From Occultella glacieicola (GTDB lineage Bacteria > Actinomycetota > Actinomycetes > Actinomycetales > Beutenbergiaceae): 21,486 nucleotides of DNA. The stretch's first letter is position 1. Each line of letters begins with the position of its first letter. The notes beneath the pieces are model-generated. The model ran no database searches. It was not told the DNA's origin and worked only from the letters and a program-made list of their open reading frames with translations. This document shows positions 7,856-15,073 of the stretch, piece after piece. The translations under genes were made by a program, and so were the position numbers. The stretch covers positions 496,001-517,486 of the forward strand of contig NZ_SMNA01000005.1 in the NCBI RefSeq assembly GCF_004353825.1, read 5' to 3'.

Positions 7856-9370
7856 TCAGCAGGACAGGCCGTCGTCGGGCACCGTGCCCTCGACGAGGAA
7901 GTCGTCCACGGCGTCGTCGATGCAGCTGCCCGCACCGTAGGCGGTGTGCCCGTCGCCGTCGTAGGTCAGCAGGACGCCGGAGGACAGCTGATCCGCCATC
8001 GACTCGGCCCACTCGTACGGCGTGGCCGGGTCCCGGGTGGTCCCGATCACGAGGATCGGCGGGGTGCCCTCCGCGGCGATCGGCTCCCGGACGGCGGTGG
8101 ACTGCACCGGCATGGTGCCGCAGCCGACCTCGCCGTACCCGTTGTACGGGCCGAACAGCCGGGAGATCTCGGTGAGCTCCTCGGCCTCGGCACGCATCGC
8201 GTCCCGGTCCACCTCGACCGGGTAGTCGAGGCAGTCGATGGCCCGGAACGCTCCCTGGTCCTCGGGGTAGTTGCCGTCCTCGTCGCGGTCGAGCGCGTAG
8301 TCGGACAGGAACCGCACCTGGGAGCCGTCGCCGTCCTGGAGCGCGGCGATCGCGCTGCTGAGAGTGGGCCACGAGGCCGGGTTGTAGAGCGACACGATGA
8401 TCGAGTTCATCAGGTCGGCGTCGTTCGCGGGACGGTCGGGGTCACCGCTGGCGACCGGGGTGTCGGCGAGCTGTTCGAGGATGGCGACGGTCTGGTCGAT
8501 CCCGGACTCGACGTCGCCGGTCAGCGGGCAGTCGGTCCCGGCCTGGCAGTCCTCGACGAACGAGCGGTAGGCCAGGTCGAAGCCCGCGGTCTGGCCGCGG
8601 ACGATCTCGCCGTAGCCGAGCGCGGGGTCGACCGCACCGTCGAGCACCAGGCGCCCGACATTCTCCGGGAACAGCTCCGCGTAGTGGGCCCCGAGGAAGG
8701 TGCCGTAGGAGAAGCCGAGGTAGGTCAGCTGCGCCTCCCCCACGACGGCGCGCAGTACGTCCAGGTCCCGGGTGGCGCTGATCGTGTCCACGTGCCCGAT
8801 CAGCGGGCCGGTGTTCTCGGCACAGGCCTCACCGTAGGCGGTGCTGCCGTCGACGAAGGCCTGGAAGCCGGCGTCGGTCTCGACGTCGAACTCGGTGCCG
8901 TACCACTCCTCGAGCTGCGCGGAGTCGTAGCAGCGCACCGCCGTCGACTGCCCCACCCCACGCGGGTCGAACCCGACCACGTCGTAGTTCCGCAGGATGT
9001 CCGAGCCCAGGTAGGCGTCGATCGACTCGACCATCTCGATGCCGGACCCGCCGGGCCCGCCCGGGTTGACGAACAGCGAGCCCATCGGCTCCCCGACGGC
9101 CGCGAACACCTTGACCGCGATGGTGATGCGCTCCCCGCCGGGGTCCTCGTAGTCGAGCGGCACCTCGATGTCCGCGCACCGGTAGTTCGAGTCGCACTCG
9201 GCCCACTCGGGCTGCTGGCTGTAGAACTCCTCGAGCCCCTCGGGCGCCGGTGCCCCGCCAGCGGCCGGCGGCTGCACGAGCGGCGCCGGCGCGGCACAGC
9301 CCGCGAGCAGGGCGACGCCGGCGAACACGGCGGCGACGGCGGACCAGAGACGGCGGGGCGGGGTAGGCAC
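7856..9370 (-). CDS. Alpha/beta hydrolase, TAP-like S33 peptidase (SlpD/Hip1-like), lipoprotein
   Basis: Lipobox LAGC; NPGGPG, GFDPRGVG, GFSYGT, DGAVDP, DPATP, GDGHTAY motifs; usual position between holB and tRNA-Thr. Confidence 0.92.
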   Translation of the reverse strand: MPTPPRRLWSAVAAVFAGVALLAGCAAPAPLVQPPAAGGAPAPEGLEEFYSQQPEWAECDSNYRCADIEVPLDYEDPGGERITIAVKVFAAVGEPMGSLFVNPGGPGGSGIEMVESIDAYLGSDILRNYDVVGFDPRGVGQSTAVRCYDSAQLEEWYGTEFDVETDAGFQAFVDGSTAYGEACAENTGPLIGHVDTISATRDLDVLRAVVGEAQLTYLGFSYGTFLGAHYAELFPENVGRLVLDGAVDPALGYGEIVRGQTAGFDLAYRSFVEDCQAGTDCPLTGDVESGIDQTVAILEQLADTPVASGDPDRPANDADLMNSIIVSLYNPASWPTLSSAIAALQDGDGSQVRFLSDYALDRDEDGNYPEDQGAFRAIDCLDYPVEVDRDAMRAEAEELTEISRLFGPYNGYGEVGCGTMPVQSTAVREPIAAEGTPPILVIGTTRDPATPYEWAESMADQLSSGVLLTYDGDGHTAYGAGSCIDDAVDDFLVEGTVPDDGLSC

Positions 9371-9574
9371 GAACGCAGCCTAACCAAGCAGACCGAGGTC
9401 TCCGTGCCGGGCAAGGGACAGAACTGCCCGACGGCGCAGGTCGGGTCCGCGCGGGTGCGAGGGCTCGCGGTGGGTCCGGTCCGCGCGGTGCGACGCTCCG
9501 CGGACGGGCCGGCGCAGACTCCCACCGCCCGGCGCCGCCCGTTCCGAACCGGTTCCACCCCTGAGGGGTGGTCG

Positions 9575-10711
9575 TCAGTTCTGCGGTCGCAGCGCGACCG
9601 TCATCGCCTCGATGGCCAGCAACGGCGCCGCGCCGGCCGCGATCCGGGTGCGCGCCACCCCGACGGCCTGCATCCGTTGCAGCGACTGCTCGGGTGCCGA
9701 CGCGCCTGCCATCTCCCGCACGGCCGGCTCGGCGGCCCGGTTCATCAGGACCTGGTCGCTGCCGAGCTGGACCACCAGGACATCCCGGTAGAACGAGAGC
9801 AGGTCCACCATCGCGCGGTCCAGCACGTCGATGAGCGCGCGCCGGGCCCGCCGCTTCTGTTCCTCCTCCAGCTGGCGCACCTGGGCCCGCAGCGCCGGCG
9901 GGATGGTGCCGCCCTGGTCCGCGCCGAGGTTGCGCAGCAGTTCGGCCTTCTCCGCCGCGTCCCGCTCCGCGGTCGCGACCTTGCTCTCCTCGGTGGCCTC
10001 GTCCACCAGGGTTCCGGCGGCCAGGATCGCGTCCCCGACCCCCCGGATCGTCGCCGGGATCGCGAGTACCTTCGCCCGGTAGTCGCGGGCCTTGGGGTTC
10101 GCGGCGAGCCGGCGGGCCATCCCGATGTGGCTCTGCGCGGCGAGCGCGCACTCCAGGGCCAGCGCCGGGTCGACACCGTCGCTGGCCACGAGCAGATCCG
10201 CGACCGCCTGGGCCGGCGGCACCCGCAGGTTCACCAGCCGGCACCGCGACCGGATCGTGACGAGCACGTCCTGCGGGCTGGGGGCGCAGAGCACCCAGAC
10301 CGTCCGCGGCGGCGGCTCCTCGATCGCCTTGAGCAGCACGTTCGAGGTGCGCTCGACCATGCGGTCGGCGTCCTCGACGATGATCACCCGCCAGCGGCCC
10401 TGGGACGGTGCACGCTGGGACAGGCCGACCAGGTTCCGGGCCTCGTCGATGCTGATGACGACCTTCTCGGTGGCCAGCACGGTGACGTCGGCATGGGTGC
10501 CCGCGAGCGCGGTCTGCGTCTCGTGGGAGGTGCCGTCGGCATCGTCGGGGTCCTGCAGGGCCGCGGCGAACGCGCGCGCGGCCACGGATCGGCCCGAGCC
10601 GGGTGGACCGGTGATCAGCCAGGCGTGCGTCATCGCCTCGGGGCGCCGGACCGCCTCGCTGAGCACGGCCACCGCCTCCGGCTGCCCGACCAGGGCGTCC
10701 CAGACGCTCAC
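9575..10711 (-). CDS. holB: DNA polymerase III subunit delta-prime
   Basis: HAWLITGPPGSGRS, THADV, IIVEDADRM, NVLLKAIEEPP, TIRSRC; GTGA overlap with tmk. Confidence 0.95.
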   Translation of the reverse strand: MSVWDALVGQPEAVAVLSEAVRRPEAMTHAWLITGPPGSGRSVAARAFAAALQDPDDADGTSHETQTALAGTHADVTVLATEKVVISIDEARNLVGLSQRAPSQGRWRVIIVEDADRMVERTSNVLLKAIEEPPPRTVWVLCAPSPQDVLVTIRSRCRLVNLRVPPAQAVADLLVASDGVDPALALECALAAQSHIGMARRLAANPKARDYRAKVLAIPATIRGVGDAILAAGTLVDEATEESKVATAERDAAEKAELLRNLGADQGGTIPPALRAQVRQLEEEQKRRARRALIDVLDRAMVDLLSFYRDVLVVQLGSDQVLMNRAAEPAVREMAGASAPEQSLQRMQAVGVARTRIAAGAAPLLAIEAMTVALRPQN

Positions 10712-11346
10712 CGCTGCTGCCCCGCGGTCACCTGGTTCGCGAGCAGCGCGTCGACCCGGGCGCGGATCGCGGCGGCGAGGTCCTCGCGCGCACGGGTGGC
10801 GTCGAGCACCAGCCAGCGGCCCGGGTCTGCGGCGGCCCGGTCGAGGAACGCCTGCCGGGTGCGGGCGTGGAACTCGGACCCGGCCCGCTCGAGCCGGTCC
10901 GGCGCGTCCGTGAGCCGTTCGGACAGCCGGGCCGGATCGAGATCGAGCAGCACGGTCAGGTCCGGCAGCAGCGCATCGGTGGCCCAGAGGGAGAGCCGCT
11001 CCACGTCCTCGGCGGGCAGGGTCCGCCCGCCGGCCTGGTAGGCCACGGAGGAGTCGAGGTAACGGTCGGTGAGCACCGCCGCCCCGCGTGCGAGCGCCGG
11101 GCGGATCAGGGAGGCCACGTGGTAGGCGCGGTCTGCCGCGAACAGCAGCGCCTCGGTGCGCGGGTCCAGGTCCGCCCCGTGCAGCAGCAGGTCCCGGAGC
11201 GTGCGCCCGAGTTCGGTGCCACCGGGCTCGCGGGTGCGCACCACCTCCCGGTGGCCCCCGGCCGCCAGGGAGTCGGCGAGCAGACCCAGCTGGGTCGACT
11301 TGCCGGCGCCGTCGCCGCCCTCGAAGGAGATGAAGAGTCCGCTCAC
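10708..11346 (-). CDS. tmk: Thymidylate (dTMP) kinase
   Basis: FISFEGGDGAGKSTQ P-loop, TREPGGT, LFAADRA, DRYLDSSVAYQ; real start GTG 11346 (the ORF-track extension to 12069 overlaps the GT gene). Confidence 0.95.
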   Translation of the reverse strand: MSGLFISFEGGDGAGKSTQLGLLADSLAAGGHREVVRTREPGGTELGRTLRDLLLHGADLDPRTEALLFAADRAYHVASLIRPALARGAAVLTDRYLDSSVAYQAGGRTLPAEDVERLSLWATDALLPDLTVLLDLDPARLSERLTDAPDRLERAGSEFHARTRQAFLDRAAADPGRWLVLDATRAREDLAAAIRARVDALLANQVTAGQQR

Positions 11347-11405
11347 GCCCTGCAGCCTAACCACGCCCACCGACGGTGCGGACCGACGCCCACCACCGCA
11401 GCACC

Positions 11406-11436
11406 GGGCCGGTCGTCCCCGGGCTGCGACCGGCCC
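11406..11436. repeat. 10-bp inverted repeat in the tmk / glycosyltransferase divergent region
   Basis: GGGCCGGTCG (11406-11415) / CGACCGGCCC (11427-11436), 11-nt loop. Confidence 0.5.
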
Positions 11437-11479
11437 CCGCGGCTCTGGTTCGCGCGGCCTCGCAGTGCGAAGATGCGTC

Positions 11480-12664
11480 ATGCGGGTGTTGTGTTCGACG
11501 ACTGCCGGCGACGGCCACTTCGGTCCGCTCGCGCGCGTGGCTCGCGCCTGCATCGAAACCGGCCATGAGGTAGTGGTATCCGCACCGGCGTCCTTCGCAC
11601 GCGCGGTGGCCCGAGCCGGACTGGCACATGCCCCGTTCCCGGATGTGCCACCGGAGCGGATCGGCCCCGTGATGGCAGCGTTGCCCACATTGAGCTTCGA
11701 CCAGGCCAACGAGACCGTGGTGCGCGAGATCTTCGGCCGCCTCGACGCGCAGTACGCACTGCCCGGCATCCGTACCGCGGTCGAGGAGTGGCGACCGGAC
11801 GTCGTCCTGCGCGAGCCGATGGAGTTGGGATCGCTGGCGGCTGCCGAGGCCCGTGGCATTCCGCACGTCGAGGTCTCGATCGGACTCGCCGTGACGATGA
11901 CCTGGGCCGCCGGCCACCTCCGTGAGCCGCTGGCCGAACTGGACTCGCTTGCAGGGCTTGCTGAGGGTCGGCTGCACGCCGCCCTGCGATCCGCGCCGGC
12001 CCTCACGATGGTACCTGCGAGCCTCGACGATCCTGACCCCGCCCCCGGTCGGGGCAGCCGCCCGATCACGCGCTACCGAGCCGGCACGGATCAGCGTGCC
12101 GGACGCCTGCCGGCGGCCTGGGGCGAGCCCACGGATCCGCTGGTCTACGTCTCCTTCGGGACCGTCGCGGCGGGCCTCGGCCATCTATCCGAACTGTTCG
12201 ACGCCGCACTGGCGGCACTGGCGGACCTGCCCGTCCGGGTGCTGATGACCACGGGTCACGCCGGGGGACTGGAGGTCGCGACGCCGTGGCCCGCGAACGC
12301 CCACGTCGAGACGTTCTGGCCGCAGGACGACGTGATGCCGCTCGCGGCGGCCGTCGTGGGCCACGGCGGGTTCGGCACCACCATGTCCGCGTTGTCCGCC
12401 GGGGTGCCGCAGGTGCTCATGCCGCTGTTCGCCACCGACCAGCGCCTGAACGCCGACCGGGTCGCAGCGGTGGGCGCCGGTGTCCGGGTCGACGACGGGC
12501 CTGCGGGCGTCACGCAGCTCGCAGAGGCGGTGACGCGTGTACTGGCCGACGACCGGATCGGAACGCGCGCGCGGGAGTTGGCGGCCGAGATCGCCGCCCT
12601 TCCCGAGGCCGCGACGCTCGTGCCGGAGATCGAACAGATTGCTGACTCGCGCACGGCCGGCTAG
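11480..12664 (+). CDS. GT1-type glycosyltransferase (GT-B, MGT/EryCIII-like)
   Basis: MRVLCSTTAGDGHFGPL (catalytic His), WRPDVVLRE, LVYVSFGT, WPQ, VGHGGFGT, GVPQVLMPLFATDQRLNA; ATG at 11480. Confidence 0.9.
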   Translation: MRVLCSTTAGDGHFGPLARVARACIETGHEVVVSAPASFARAVARAGLAHAPFPDVPPERIGPVMAALPTLSFDQANETVVREIFGRLDAQYALPGIRTAVEEWRPDVVLREPMELGSLAAAEARGIPHVEVSIGLAVTMTWAAGHLREPLAELDSLAGLAEGRLHAALRSAPALTMVPASLDDPDPAPGRGSRPITRYRAGTDQRAGRLPAAWGEPTDPLVYVSFGTVAAGLGHLSELFDAALAALADLPVRVLMTTGHAGGLEVATPWPANAHVETFWPQDDVMPLAAAVVGHGGFGTTMSALSAGVPQVLMPLFATDQRLNADRVAAVGAGVRVDDGPAGVTQLAEAVTRVLADDRIGTRARELAAEIAALPEAATLVPEIEQIADSRTAG

Positions 12665-12665
12665 C

Positions 12666-13973
12666 TCAGCGCCGCGGCGCGACGGCGCGCACCGCATCCG
12701 CGAGGACGGCCGGATCGCCCACGGGCCAGCCGGCCTCCGCCGCGGCCAGCCGGAGGCCCCCGACCACCGGTACCTCGGCGTCACGAAGCGCAACCTCGAC
12801 ACCCTGCGGCAACCCGAACCGGGCCGTCAGAGCCGCTCGGACCCCGTCCCGGACCGGCCCGGCGGTCGTGAGCAGGGATCCGGCCAGCACGATCTCGGCC
12901 GGAGCCGGAGCGGCACCATCCGGTCCGGTGGGACCGGGGTGACCCGCCGGATCGGCGCCGCCGCCGGCCGATCCGGGGCCGGCCTCGGACGGCGCAGACC
13001 CGGCGACGACCTGCGCGGCCGACACCAGTGCGGTGACGGCCTCATCGACGATCGCGGACGCGACCCGATCGCCGGAGGCGGCCAGGCCCGCCACGAGCGG
13101 CGCGACGGACCCGTACTGGGACGGCGCCATCGCGTGCACGGCCACGATGAGCCCTTGGCGCGCCTCCGGGCCACCGGGTACCCCGGCCCAGTCGAGGATC
13201 GCGGTGGTGAGCGCGGTCGCCGGGCCTCGTCCGTCCAGGTCGGCGGCCGCGGCCCGGAGCCCGGCCAGCCCGATCCAGACCCCTGAGCCGAGGTCGCCGA
13301 GGATCCAGCCCATCCCGTCGCAGCGGGCCGCGACCTCGAGACCGGCCCATGTGTCGCCGCCCGCGATCGCACTGCCGGGCACCTGGACCCGAGCCGCGAC
13401 GGCGCCGGTACCGGAGAGCAGCAGCAGCCCGTCGGGCGCCTGCGCTGCTGCCGCGTAGGCGATCGCCAGGTCGCCACGCAGCCACGGCTCGCCCGGCAGA
13501 CCGGCGTCCGCCCACGCGCCACGCACGGCCTCGAGCGCGTCCGGCACCGGGTCGGCGCCGGTGCCCGCGCCGGCCATGCCGACCAACCCGGCGACCTCGA
13601 TGCCCGCAGCGTCCGCATCCGCGAGTCCGCGGCCGCCGTCGGCCGCCCCGGCGGCGACCGGACCCGCACCGACAACCACGGCCAGGGATCCGCCGCGGCC
13701 GCCCGGCCGGCCGGACCGAGCGGTGAGCGCGGCCACCCTGCGATCGCGATCGGCGGCCGCGGCGAGGGCCGCGGTGAGGGTCTGCGCGAGGTTGGCCCGC
13801 ACCGAGCCCGGCGAGCTGCGGATGTTCCCACCGGGGCCGGTCGCGTAACTCAGCACCGGCCCGTCGGCGAGCCCCACGGCGACCTTGCTGGAGGTGCCGC
13901 CGACGTCCGCCCCGACGATCACACGCATTGCTCCCGGTGCCGGCTCCAGCCCCCGGCGGTCCGGCTCACTCAC
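12666..13973 (-). CDS. BadF/BadG/BcrA/BcrD ATPase family protein (N-acetylglucosamine kinase-like)
   Basis: GADVGGTSSK, GMAG, GD, LLSGTGAVA, DGMGWILGDLGSGVWIG, VLAGSLL; start overlaps the upstream stop by 8 nt (alternative ATG near 13929). Confidence 0.85.
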   Translation of the reverse strand: MSEPDRRGLEPAPGAMRVIVGADVGGTSSKVAVGLADGPVLSYATGPGGNIRSSPGSVRANLAQTLTAALAAAADRDRRVAALTARSGRPGGRGGSLAVVVGAGPVAAGAADGGRGLADADAAGIEVAGLVGMAGAGTGADPVPDALEAVRGAWADAGLPGEPWLRGDLAIAYAAAAQAPDGLLLLSGTGAVAARVQVPGSAIAGGDTWAGLEVAARCDGMGWILGDLGSGVWIGLAGLRAAAADLDGRGPATALTTAILDWAGVPGGPEARQGLIVAVHAMAPSQYGSVAPLVAGLAASGDRVASAIVDEAVTALVSAAQVVAGSAPSEAGPGSAGGGADPAGHPGPTGPDGAAPAPAEIVLAGSLLTTAGPVRDGVRAALTARFGLPQGVEVALRDAEVPVVGGLRLAAAEAGWPVGDPAVLADAVRAVAPRR

Positions 13974-14982
13974 CGGGCAGGACCACCCCGAGCTGGCGTC
14001 GTGCCTCGTCCATCGTCGCCATCACGGCGATGGTCCCCTCCGGATCGTGCCGCGGGGAGAACGTCTCGCCGGCGTGCACCCGGCGTGCGACCTCGGCGGC
14101 CTGGTAGGCGAACCCGGCGCTCACCTCGGGCGTGAAGCTGCGCGCCTCGCCGTGCCGGGGCCGCACGGTGACGGTCGTCGGCGCGTAGAACGTGCCGGCG
14201 ATCTCGATCCGCCCGTCGGTGCCGTTGATGGTCGCGGCGTTCGCCGTGGCCGAGCGCATCGTCGCGTGCAGCAGTGCGACCGCGCCGGAACCGGTCCGCA
14301 GGGTGATCGCCTCGGTCTCGTCCACCCCGGTCGAGGTCAGGGTGCCGACGGCGGTGACCTGCTCGGGTGCCCCGAGGATGTCGTGGGCGAAGGAGACCGG
14401 GTAGACGGTCAGGTCGAGCATGGCGCCGCCGGCCAGGTCCGGGTTCTTCATCCGGTGGTCGTCGCCCAGGGCGCGCATGTCCTGCCCGTGCTCGGCGACC
14501 ACGCTGACCACCTCGCCGATCTCGCCGGCATCCAGGACCTCATGCACGGCGATCATGTGCGGCAGGAACCGGGTCCACATCGCCTCCATGGCGAACAGTC
14601 CGCGCTCGGCCGCGGCCGCGAACAGGCTGCGTGCCTCGGCGGCGTTGCGGGTGATCGACTTCTCCACCAGCACGTGCTTGCCGGCCTCGAGCGCGAGCAG
14701 GGCGTGCTCGAGGTGGGCCGAGTGCGGTGAGGCGATGTAGACCGCCTCGACCCCCGCGTCGGCGACGAGGTCCGCGTAGCCGCCGTACGCCGTCGGGATC
14801 TCGAACTCGTCGGCGAACGCCCGGGCCCGCCCGGCGTCCCGCGAGCCGACCGCGACCACGGACGACGCCGTGTGCGCGGGGATCTCCGCGGCGAACTTCC
14901 GGGCGATACCCCCGGGGCCCAGGATGCCCCAGCGCAGTCCGGGGGCGGAGACGGGGACGGGTCCGGTATCGAGGGTGCTCAC
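13966..14982 (-). CDS. Gfo/Idh/MocA family oxidoreductase (dihydrodiol / xylose dehydrogenase-like)
   Basis: WGILGPGGIA, VYIASPHSAH, GKHVLVEKS, EAMWTRFLP, GGAMLDLTVYP; GTG 14982 lies 6 nt after TAGGGT. Confidence 0.92.
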   Translation of the reverse strand: MSTLDTGPVPVSAPGLRWGILGPGGIARKFAAEIPAHTASSVVAVGSRDAGRARAFADEFEIPTAYGGYADLVADAGVEAVYIASPHSAHLEHALLALEAGKHVLVEKSITRNAAEARSLFAAAAERGLFAMEAMWTRFLPHMIAVHEVLDAGEIGEVVSVVAEHGQDMRALGDDHRMKNPDLAGGAMLDLTVYPVSFAHDILGAPEQVTAVGTLTSTGVDETEAITLRTGSGAVALLHATMRSATANAATINGTDGRIEIAGTFYAPTTVTVRPRHGEARSFTPEVSAGFAYQAAEVARRVHAGETFSPRHDPEGTIAVMATMDEARRQLGVVLPGE

Positions 14983-15031
14983 GCACACACCCTAGGGCGC
15001 CGCTCGCGCCGACGGGAGGTGCCGTGCCCGA

Positions 15032-15064
15032 CGGCGGGGGCCCCGTTGCTGGGGCCCCGCGCCG
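15032..15064 (-). terminator. Hairpin just downstream of topA
   Basis: CGGCGGGGGCCCC-gttgct-GGGGCCCC(G)CGCCG, 13-bp stem with one bulge, about 10 nt past the topA stop; no U-tract. Confidence 0.5.
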
Positions 15065-15073
15065 AGGACGGGG

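Noticed and set aside
9544..9557. CCGAACCGGTTCCA as an SOS box
   Set aside because: Spacer between GAAC and GTTC is 2 nt, not 4, and it lies far from the next promoter.
7760..11041. 1093-aa plus-strand ORF and other long antisense ORFs (3653-5473, 15713-18316, 19722-20939)
   Set aside because: Shadow frames opposite well-supported genes; typical of high-GC DNA, no recognisable motifs.
11347..11479. Rifamycin-associated element upstream of the glycosyltransferase (Rgt hypothesis)
   Set aside because: No CTTGCGGCAAG-type core seen, and the N-terminus has GDGH rather than the GSRGD of Rgt-type enzymes.
11347..12069. Apparent 453-aa Tmk fusion
   Set aside because: The extension is antisense to the glycosyltransferase; family homology begins at GTG 11346 behind a -10 element.
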